Made by a program: the position numbers and the translations under genes. A stretch of DNA of 64,000 nt, taken from positions 57,970,001-58,034,000 of the forward strand of contig OZ241827.1 in assembly GCA_965202585.1 (NCBI GenBank), given 5' to 3'. The stretch is from Thalia democratica. Its lineage: Eukaryota. Within the stretch, counting starts at the first letter, position 1; each line of letters opens with the position of its first letter. Shown piece by piece: positions 14,201 to 26,200 of this stretch. The notes beneath the pieces are model-generated. The model was not told the DNA's origin, did not search any database, and was given only the letters and a program-made list of their open reading frames with translations.

Positions 14201-17200
14201 AACCAAACACTTCACTATCAAGATAAACTAGTTTTAAATTCTAATTATTTATAACATTTGGAATATTAAAAACCTTTTTATACTTAAAACTGTAAAATTA
14301 ATACTTAATTGTTTATTTACCTTTTTTATAACTTTTAAAATAAACTTAGACTATAAACTTCCAATTACCAAAAGCTTTTTACTTTTAAATATATCACACT
14401 GGCAAAAAAATTAATTTCTAAGCTTAAAAATTTATCTGTTTACAAATATATTAGTTAAATTTTTTTTTTTCTCTAGAAAATGCGAAAAAAAAAACTGAAA
14501 ATACTTCTATTTATTATAAACAATTGAGGTTATTTATTCTAATAACTAAATAATAGATATTCTGAGTAAAGTATAATAAAAAATTACTTTAAACCAATCC
14601 CTAACTATCACGACAAACTTTTTTGAAATAACTTGTTTTTAGTTCAAGGTATTTAAAATATTATGGATACTGGTAAAGCTTCTTGAACTTAAATTAAGTA
14701 ACTGGTTTTTACTTATAAATTTAAAATAAACTTAAACATCTACTTTAAACAAAACAAAGAAATATTTTTAGCTTTTTAACCGGACTTAAAATACCTCAAA
14801 AACCTTTTAACTTCCAATTACCAAAAACTTTGAAAACCTAAGCCGATCTAAGCAGCTACTAAATAAAATCTGAACACAAATTATTCGAGCTTGTGTCTTT
14901 TGTCGAGTAGCTACTGTAAACACACAGCGCAGCCATCGCACTATTGTGCTACAACAGAGCCTGCGACAAAAACAAAAAAGAAAAAAGGTTTTTGTGTGTC
15001 GGGGTGGTCGTAGTACAACAAATTGTTGAAGTGGCACAGAAGTGCAACTCGTTGTTTTTTCATGACAAAAGACCACCAATGAGTTTTTATACGAACTTGT
15101 GTGTATTATTGCCGCAACAAGATAAACTTACTACAAGTTGGTCTATGACGTAACTTTTTAAAACTTTTGGGAGAATTGAGACTTTTGTCCTGTTTTTTTC
15201 GCACAAAAAAGACGCTTGTTCATCAGTTTTATTTTACTGTATTTTTATATTTTACTATAAACTTTTCATAATGTAAGCATTGTAATGATGATGACTGCTT
15301 TCTAAATTTGAAATTTTCGAACCAAGATGCTTTTGATCAAAAAAAGAAATTCTATTAATTAAAACTGCTTTTCATGCTAGTAACAAAAATCTAAATGCCT
15401 TGTGAAAACACAAAAAATATTTTTACAAATGCAAGGTTGTTTAGCCGAAAACTTCAGTGTGTTAGCAGCACAATGCGTTATCGGATTAATGTCGTTTTAA
15501 AACAACATAAATACAAATTTTCATAAGATCTGACACCGGGCCAAATTAAAGGTGTGCCGACGAACAAAGCTGAAAACCTCAAAATTTAATAACCAAGTTG
15601 AAACTTTCGCGTTATTACTAAACCCTTAAATTATCATTTTTGTTTTCGATTGGGATTTTAGCGTTATTAGCTTGTAATGTTTCGTGATATTCGGAAGTTT
15701 GCAAAGGTCTTTAGTGCTAATTTCGATACAAAACCGTATTACAAAATCGTCATGAAGTTAATTAAAAAAAAAAACGTTCATAGTTGTTAGCAGTTTCTTT
15801 TTTGCTACTATTTTGTATACTTATTATACTTGGTTGTTCATTAAAAAAATTGATTTCAAAAAAATTACGACATTATTTTTGACTTAAAAAGTATTCAATA
15901 AACTTTTTTGACTTATAAACTAAAAATCAAAACCTACAGTGCCTAAATAGCATTACTACTAGTAATAAAAGCATGCTTAGCTTTCTAAATTAAAGATAAT
16001 AATACTTGATTTAAAAAGATCTCTATGAATTTAGCTTTTAAATAGTTTTAAAACTAAGTTATAATGTTAAAAAAAATATATAGCGAAATAGCTTACAAAA
16101 TCACATCACATAATATTTTATTATCGAAAGATGTTTTATTGTCAAACACAATTAATACTCGTTTAGGGTTGTAAAATGATGTTGTTTAATCTCATAAACA
16201 TTGCTTTTATTAGGTAAAATAATACTTCAACTCCTAAAAACTTCAAAGGAAAACTTTTTAAAATGACTATTAAAAAAACCTCAAGTTTTTATTTTCTTTA
16301 AAAAATACTTTTTGTAATAAATTTATCTTTGATCTTTACTACAAAAATAAACATATTGTTTGCAAACAACAAAATAACATTTTAAAACAAACTTGATAGT
16401 TAAAAACTCTCAGTAAACGAATGTTTTACTTCTAAAGAAGATTACCTTGAAAACATTTAGTTTATAGTGTTTTATTCTAGAAACTACAAAATATACTACG
16501 TTATACTATCTTAAACCAAATTTTAAGCTAGTGTCATAGTCTTCAATTAATTTAGGATCTATTATCAGCGTGAATTTTCTGCTACAGCTATTTGAAATAT
16601 AGTTTTACATAATTTATTGTAACAATTAAGGCTTATCTTTAGCTTTTTTTAGAAAAAAAAAATTCACTAATTTGAAAAGTGTTTACAATTAGTTTTACTT
16701 AACAACATAAGTAATACTAGCTTTTTTATACAAGTCCTTTTGAACTGTTAAATGACAAAATGCAAATAAAAACCGTTAACATGACAGTTATAACCAAACA
16801 AATAGTACTAATCTAATTTTGCTTTGTGACAAGAAATTTGTTTAATTTATAAAAGCTTGTACATTAATGACTAAGCATTCACAACATTTTTCACATTAAA
16901 TATTTTTTAAGTTTTTAAGCCATGTAGTTTTAACTTTAAATTTGTTTTCCTAGGAAATAAACTCTCTTGCACAATTTGATAATAAAAATATTAATTGAAA
17001 TTTATTTTCATTTTTATAACATCAAATATTAATTTAATATAATTTATGTATTATAAGAATGATTAAGAAAACGCATGAAGTTTGTGATTAATTAAGTGAA
17101 AACAACTAAAATTACACAAAAAAATAGATTACTTAAGCATATTTGAAGGTTTAAAATAGGTAGATCTTTTTATCGAGCTATATCGGGTACTTTTTTATGT

Positions 17201-20200
17201 GTATAATTGCAGTAATTTTGCAAAAAAAGGCTCCAATATTTTGATGACGTCCTATCTTATTTTGGGTAGTTTACTTTTTAAAATTATACAAAAAAGTTAC
17301 TCAAATACGTCGCGCTGAAAAGTAAATGACACAATCTGGCTATATTAAAAGTCGTACTTCTAGTTTTTGGAGCTTTATTTTTGTAAACACAAGAATAAGT
17401 GTCTCTGCCAATAAAAAAACACACTTTCATTTTTATGTGATTTTTAATTGTAAACAAATACAACCACATGCATAGAAATATAAAGAAAACTATTTAAATT
17501 TTTTAAATGTAAAATTGTTTAATTTACTTATCAATGCGAGGTATTTTGTAATTTTTTTGCACAATTTTTAAGAGAAAACTACCCAAAATAAAATATGACG
17601 TCATGAAAACATTGGATCTTTTTTTTTTTCCAAAATTGCTGCAACTAAAAGTATTCAATATTTAAAATGACCCATAAAAAGTCCCACCGGTTTAAAATGC
17701 TCATTAATGTAAAACCACAAAGTTATCTTAATAATTTAGCTCTCAAAAATTTCAACATCTTATTTTTGCGTTACCGTTCATTTTATTTTTGATATTTTTA
17801 AACCAAACTTTGTAAATGATAGATGTCAATTATAAAAACGTGTTAATTTGATTATAACACTCTACCGTGCAAAGCTAATAGATGATATCGACGAGTGTTT
17901 AAGTGTTAAATGATCGAAATAGATCAAAAGATAAAAACACATAAGAAACGCTCTTTCAAATGTTTTTTATGCAAATATTTACATTTGATTATCTGTTTGC
18001 AACTATTTGTAGTTTAAGCTCGCTCTGGTATTCTAATCACAAAAAAAAAAAAAGCTCTTTGTTTTTTATTTTTTTGTTGCAATTTGTTTATCCATTTTTC
18101 TTAAACATATTTGTTCTATTCAAATATTAGATAAGAATTCTATATTCAAAACTTTCTTTGAATCGACCAACCTGAGTAAGTTTTAAATAATAAATAAACA
18201 AAAAAAAACATACTTTTTTAATAATATAGTTCAACTATAAGTTTAATTACAGTTTTTTTTTGTTTTAAAAGTTACATATTTTTTAAATATTTATTAAAAC
18301 CAGTTAGAAACACAATTAAAGATATTTTTTTGTAAATAATTTTATTCAAGCAACGTCAAATTGTTTACAACTCGGTCATACTTTTTTTTCTTGTTTAGAA
18401 AGTATTTTAAAAAGTATTTCTTTTTGAAATTAAAATAATAGTTAATAAAAACAAAATATATTTTCCATCTTAAAAAACAACAAACTAACTGGGCTCTGAC
18501 TTTACGCGATGCCTCGTTCACCAGTTCAACAGAACTCCTTTTATTATTAAGCGGGAAACTACTTTCTAATGGAAGCCTTGTACCTGCATTCCCGCTTTCA
18601 ACCCCCGAGCAGTTTGATTGCGGCTTGTTGGCTGTGGAACAATCGCCGGTTGGTTGCCAAGAAACGGCGGCGACAATAAGGTTGCCGTGGAGACGCGGTT
18701 CGAGCGAAATGACAAAAACGATGACAAATTTGTATAATAAAAATTTGCTGCTACTTCTAGCTGCTGACATTTTTTTCACTTTTTTGATATCATCTGACTA
18801 CTTGAACAATTACTCGGTGCTCTGCTTTGTTGGATCTCTGCCTCATAATTTGTTGATAAGCATGCTCGTATACTTTTTTACATTCAACTAGGTTTTAATC
18901 GTTGAAATGGTGATTTTGATTGATGAAAATTAATTAACAACCAGTTGGGCAGAGTCCAAGTTTTTATGCTATTTTCTAATTATGCTACTCTTACTAATAA
19001 GTTTGATAAAGCAGGAAACTAATGAGATTAAAACTGACTACATTGTAACTCTTTGTTTATTGGCGTCTATTCGTTAATCTACGATGAAAAATTTATTAAT
19101 TGTTTAACTATTTTTGTGTACTTTGCTTTGCGATCGATTTTAATAAGTGCAAATTTTCACATTGTCTAATGAACACTGTCATAGCTATTGATGTGTCAGC
19201 AATTATTTAGTTTGTAATAAATACTATAAGTTCTGCTTAGATTTGCAAAAATCATTCATAGCAAGTAAAGCTTGCATACAAAACAGGTAAATTAAATTAC
19301 TTTAAGGTGTAGTCAAATATACTTGTAGTAAAAAAATAATTCAAGTCTTTCTAGGTAAAAAAAGTCCAAGTTAATAAAAGCTTATCACTTATAAAAAAAG
19401 CTTACTAAAACATATTACACTAATGATTTCATTTCTTTTTTCTTTCTGTTTTTAAGTTTTTAACGAGTTAAAATCCGATAAATACATAACTTAATAGAAA
19501 ACTTTTACTGGTATTGTGATTTAACCTTTTTTGATAGTTTGACTAATGAAAATTCGTCTTAAAGAAATTATAAGAGAAGTTTCTAGACTACTCTTTATTA
19601 ATCCAGGTTGAATTAAAAAAAAATAATATTAAAACAATACTGATTTAAGAAGCACTATAAAAATGTATTACAGTCTTTGAACTTTATCTACACTCTAAAA
19701 CAAACTTAAAAAAGAAATGCAATTTTTTAGCTTATCAGCCTAGCAAAAATTGTTTTACTCAAAAATTTTCTTGTCTAACTCTGCTCGTACACAAGTTCCT
19801 ATGCAAAGCCTTACATACTCAAAATAATTTGTGAGCAAAGAAGTTCTAGCCTTTTTCCTTTACATGGAAAGTTATCTCATGTTCGCTATTTACCTGTACT
19901 ACAAATGCTGTTATTTTTCTACAATTTTTGGTCTAAAACAATTGATGTAGTTTCATAAAGTTTTAATCGTCTTGTTGAATTATAAAGAAACTTTTGTTTT
20001 GTGCTTTAAGAAAATTTTTATGTACATAGCTGTCTTAGTTTTATATAAGAGTTATAAAACTAAATTAGTAGTTTATGTACGAAAGTAGTTCGATTATATT
20101 ACAAAAATCCCTTCTTTTAACATTATAAACTTTAAAATAAAAGTGTTAATTATTTACTATAAAACGGTCGTCGTTTTAGTTTTTTAAATTTACTAAAGTT

Positions 20201-23200
20201 TTTTGTTTTGTTGAAATTTTAACTACGTATTGAAATATCTACTGTATAACTAAAAATAATAGTTTGTTCTAAATGTTTTTATTAAGTAAGTCAATTAAGG
20301 GCATTAGGAATATAAACTTATCAATGTTTACAATATTTTTTTTATAAACTTAATGTTTTTTAACAAAGTTGAGAAATTGGTATCGAAACGCTTTAAGTTA
20401 AAATTAAGCCTCTTGTTAAGGATTAACAAAAAGATTGTAGTTGAGAACTGTTATAATTGGTTACGTAATTCAAAATAAACTTAAATGTTTAAAGTTTTAA
20501 GTGTAAATATAAACATTAAGAAGCAGACAAATTGATGAAACGTAATATTTGAAATAAAAACTTCAAGTTTATTTTAGATTGCTTTCAGAACATTACCGGC
20601 AGCATTTTAGGTCTTATAAGCTGACTCAAAATAAAACAGATTCAAAGGAAACCCTTTATCCCTGCTTTGCCGAACAAAAGATTACTAAATTGCCTACATA
20701 AAAGGTATCGTTTCAAGGCAAAGTCATAAATATATTGAGGTGCAACACTTCAAAAGGATGCTTGAGAAAAGTTTTGAGTGATTGAGTTTTACCAGTTTTG
20801 AACTCCTCTTAGCGTTGACAGCTTCTTACGTATTAGCTCGCTCAATAAGAGTCTCTAAAGAAGCGAGATAAGATCTTAACAACATCAATCATAAGAGTTG
20901 AAAGTCCCGATAAAAGGAGACGTACTGAAGCATACTAACGCCTATATTTTACGCCTAAAAGATAGTTTAGATAAACTTACATGACAAGTTGAGTAAATGT
21001 TGAAGAAACTTTTGAAAATATTTCTTTAATAGTCCTTATGAGCTTTGTTTTACACATTTTAACAAATTCTAGACTTAGATGGATATCATATTTGATGAAA
21101 ATTTTGATGTCAACGAATTTGTCAAACTAAAGGTATTCTTTTTTGATTTCACATGATTTGTTCTCTCTATTTAAGTTTTGAGTTACTTTTTAAAGAAATA
21201 TTTGTGCTGCTTTCCCTTGTCTATTGTCGATTCAATTGCGTTTCACTTGACTTAGTTTGATCGTAATGATAGGTAATTTAATTTTAGTAAGGTTAAGAAA
21301 GATACATGATACCTGAATACTGTTACTTAAGCAGTGCGCGTTGAAAACAGGCCAATTACACGGCTCTTATGTTCCCATCAGAACACTTCTACAACAAATT
21401 AAGTCATTTTTTACCTGTTTTCTCTTTTTGACGGGCAACCCAGAAAACCGTGCTAACGTTTCTCATGCAATTTTGTTTCACAAAATAGAAAAAACGCCAT
21501 CAAATAATAAATCCAACGCAAAAAAAAGTTACCTGGTTTCGTTTTCAGTTTTTGGTGGAACGGGACAGGGGTCCCTCTTGCAGGTGGCCAGCTTTGGAAG
21601 GGGATGTTTCGATCGATCGCATCTGCTGTCTGATGCAAGGCGATTTGTGAGGTTGTCGTAGCAGAACGGTATTGATACGGACATTCCTATGAAAATACAA
21701 TAAATGAAGTTTTATAATTTTTGATAAAGCTGTTAAAGCTGTTTTTAGTAAGAAGTAATTTAAACATTATTTCAAACTCTAATATTTACAAATAAAATAT
21801 TTAGTTTTTTTTTACAGCCCAATGAATGCTCGAAAAAAGCACAACTTTCGTAATGCGTTGTTTACAAACAAAAACTTTTTAATAAGGCTGTAATTTCAGA
21901 TAAAACCTTCAATGTCCAAGTAAAATTGTGTTGACAGTGTCAATTCATCGCCATTACTAGCATACTTTCACGGCTTGAAAACAGGTTATGGGCTTCATCC
22001 TTTTAAAGTCGGATCAAAGCCGCGATGTGTTTGCAACCCGATACGATGGAGGTATTTTCGCAGGTGCCGACCCAACAACAAACAGGTGCCAGCGTATCGA
22101 GTTGTGCCGAAAATATCGAATTATCCGCTCGTAATTGCCTCGCTTCATGCCGCCAACAACGCTAATTTGTCCGAACGACAAACGTTTTTGAATATCTGCT
22201 AATCCCTTTTCGCCCGGTCTAAGCCCTTGCTTAAACTAAGGTTTTAATTTCACATTGCTGGAGGAGTTTTTGTCTGAAATTGTGCTAAAGTTCAAACGTT
22301 AAAGTGGACAATTTGGTGTCTGGACACGCAAACTTGGGTACAGACAAAAGGTAATGGCGTGCAGAAAAAGTGCTAATTGTATAATTTGTCGGATGTTAGA
22401 AAAAATTCTGGCTTTTTGCCTTTTTTTACACAAAATGGCGCAATAAACTTTATTTTACGTTATAAGTAAAAATATTATTTAACTGTCTTATAGTAGTTTT
22501 CATTGTGCATTTGAATTTACGTAATAGCAAAGTATATTTATATTTAATTAAAAGATTTAAAACTATCGTCTATCATAAGGTTAAATAAAAATTATATTTT
22601 TTATAGAATAACAAATAGTATGTTTAGGATAGAAATATTTCAACCAATTAAAAATATAAAAAGATGCTTTACTTTTTTTCTGTTAAAACAACTTAAAACA
22701 GTAATTTTTGGCCATATCATTAAAATTAAATTTGAGTGGTAAAACGTTTTAGAGGTTACAAGTGTTTACTTGTTGCAAAATGTTATACACGGATTTCTGA
22801 TCAAATAAGTATTAGTGAAAAGTTTCTAGGTAATTAACTTATGCTACAAAGCTAAATTAGTTTAAGGTTATCACAACACATAAAAATTTACTAAGTAGAA
22901 AACAAAATGTTACATCCATAAAAATATATAACTAATTTATCATCGATTTAAGTTATTTTTTAAATTTTAAACTTAAAAGTAAATTCATGGCGGCTAACTA
23001 AGCTATTAGTGTTTAATCTTCTAAAACCTTTTTTTAATGTGTGATAAAAATTAACAAGCTAAGCTGTGTGCTACGCATCGATTTTTTTAAAATATAATTT
23101 AGTTATATACATATGTTGTGATGATTAACGATTGAAATAAACTCAAGATCAAACAATTATTTTTGCCTATTTATTTCATATACTAAACAGATTTATAAAA

Positions 23201-26200
23201 CGTAGACATCATACCATAAGCTAATTTTGAGTAGTTAAAACACTTGTTTAAATTTAAACTAAAACAAATCTAAAAAACAAAAGTCAACAGTGTTACACGT
23301 TTACATACTGAAAAGAGATTATTAAAATACAATTTTATTATTTTTTTATCAATATTAATTAATAAAAGTGTGAACTGTTTAGGTATAATTAATTTACCCT
23401 TTTTGAAGTTGAATTTTGATAAACACAAGTAATTAACTACTGTATATATACTTACAATATACCTACTTGTATATTTTTTTTATTACACTTTTAACATTAG
23501 AAAAAAAAAATTATTAATTAATTCTTATCTTAGGATTATTAATCTTAAACCTTTTTTTGACATTTTATACATAAAGTTTTTTATTGTCGACTACTCTATC
23601 AAAATATTCCTATTTTATTCGTGTTTATAAAAAATACACTAATGTTGTCATACTTTTACATCTTGTTATCTTTTTATTTGTTATAAATTATCAGTTGTGA
23701 TTGATTTTTTATAAAAAACACAGACAGAAATATTTAAATAAAACTATTTGGTGCCGAAAAGAGTTTTTTCGCATTTAATAAGAATTAGGAAAGAATTAAA
23801 TTTTAGGTCAATCTAAAATAATAAAGTATATTTAATCTGTGAAAGCTTACAGACGATTACTGATGAATATTTTAACTAGTAACACGCGTAGCTTGCACGC
23901 GAACAATACTAAAACATTTTTATATTTTACTTATTACATTTTACAAAACACCAACCACAGAATACAATAACAATTTTAAAGTTGTAGATAGAATACATAG
24001 ACAAAACAAAAAAAAATACAGTAATAAAACAACAATAGTCATATGTTTTCTACCTTTTTAAATATACGCAAATTTTTAGAATAAACTTAGATAAATAGTA
24101 TTTGAAACTGGTAAATCTGTGTATTTAAAATTTAAGAACTTTATTATTCTCACCAAATCCACAAGTGACGCTGCAGCTTGTCCACTTGACAAATCTCCAC
24201 ACAAACTCCTCCTTGACGACCACCACCTCCTTCTCAATCACCCTGACAACCGATATCGGCGACCCCATCGCCTCGTTCACCCGCCGATGCGCGTCGAAGG
24301 GGCACAAACCCAAAAAGCATTTCTGCAAGTATTAATATTGTAGAGTTTTTCTTTTTGAAAAAAATCTCAAGAATTGTTTAGATATAAAACAAAAAAAAAA
24401 CAATAACTTAACAATTAATAAAAGTTTTTTCTTCACTATGAAAGTAATTTTTTTCAAGTTAAGTTTCGAGTAAAGCAGTAATTCAGTCAAATTTAGACAT
24501 TAGCTAGCATTAAAGTTATCTTTAAAATAAACATTTGATAGTTTTGAGCGAAGTCCCCTTTCGGCTTTGTGACGCTTGTAAAATCACCTTCTTTCAAATG
24601 CCACCTTACACAAACTACAAAACCCTCAATCTCCGAAGCAAACATTACAACTGCCGTTTGTTTAATCAAAAGGTCACAACCCAGCGACGACACGACATTT
24701 GGGGTATCGGCTCTTATCGCAACAAATAATCCAAAGTCAAACTTGTATGGCTTTTAAAATTAAATCTAGCTTGTTAATGCTGCCGTTTAATAATAGGAAG
24801 TTTTTTTTGGATAAAAATATTTTGTGTTGTCACTATAGCTCAGAACTAGATTAAAACATTTCATAAAAAAACTTCTAGTCTGTGCTAATGTTTCTGAGTT
24901 TATCTAATGTGTTAATTGATTAGTCAAAATACTTTGTACCTTTTAAACTTAAATATGGCCTCCATAAAACTTTAGTTTGTGTGTTTTTTTTTTAAGTTTC
25001 ACGTATTTTGAATTTCTCGGAATTGTTTTATATTTTTATAAAAACTTGTTAAGCTTTATAATTAAAAACAAAGACTTAAAAAGATAACACTTTTAAACCA
25101 GAATAATTAGATAAAACAAAGACAAAAGGAAAACAGTTATCCTATAAAGTTTTGAAAAAGAACAAAAAAATACTAAAAAACGAACTTTTTAAACTAAAGA
25201 TTAATTTTGAGAAAATATTAGACAAGCTTTAAATTTTATAAATTAAACGTTATAATTTAACATAATTTTTAAGTCTTTTATAGTTGAGGATATTACGTTT
25301 ACTTATAAGTATCTTCTCTGCTGCCTTCTTTGCTGATAGTTTTTTTTTACTGCACTGTTTTCCTTTAATTTTTTATTATTAAGTTAATTTTTAACACAAA
25401 GTTATCAATAGATTTTCAACATCACAAGCATTTAAAAACAATTTTAATTTAAAATCATTTCTATTTTACAAACCTCGGTGTGAACGGGAGCCGGTCCCCT
25501 GCACCTGGGTTCGCTCTTGTACAACTCCTCCTCTTTTGTGATCCCCTCCTCCACGCATTCCACCCTCCTCGTCCTGAATCCTCCCATCCCGCAAGATTTC
25601 GAACATGCGCTCCACTTCATCGCCTTCCACCTGTTTGTTATTTAAGAAAGGGATATTTTTGCTAAGATGGTTGTCTAAAAATGTTGTGTGAAAGGTTTTG
25701 TAATAAAATTTTGGTTTGGCATAAACAATAATTTTCTGTTTAGGTTTTAGTTTTAGTCTAAAAAAATGTAACAGCTGCTGCGTTTTTCAGACTGAAGTTT
25801 AGGAACATCCATAAAGTTCGTTTCTGGATCATTAAAGCCTATCTTTATTGAAGTAATGTTAATTTTAAGTTTTACAAAAAGACTAGTTTAGTTTTTGAAT
25901 TATAGAATAATCAAGCTTAAAAGTATTTAACTTGAATTATTTACGATCAAAGTAGGTTATTAAAGTTTTTATTTTATTTAACATAACTAAAGTAGCTTGA
26001 AAACTTACTTGGCAACTGGAGTAAACTTCAATACTGTTAAAGGTTTATTCTGTTTGCTTTTCTTTGATTTTGTTTTCCGCAAGTATTTCCTGGCGTTTTT
26101 ACCTAAAAAAATCACTATAACTGCTAAAGTAAAATTTGTATTATACACAAGACAACTATTTTTCACCAATCGTTTAAATGAGGTGTTATAACATTAAAAA

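Noticed and set aside
18625-18891. Plus-strand hydrophobic ORF as a nested membrane-protein gene
   Set aside because: It is largely the antisense register of the candidate minus-strand exon plus T-rich sequence, with no supporting plus-strand splice chain.
21590-21615. Programmed -1 ribosomal frameshift explaining exon 17
   Set aside because: There is no X XXY YYZ slippery heptamer in the required register, and no stimulatory structure is evident.
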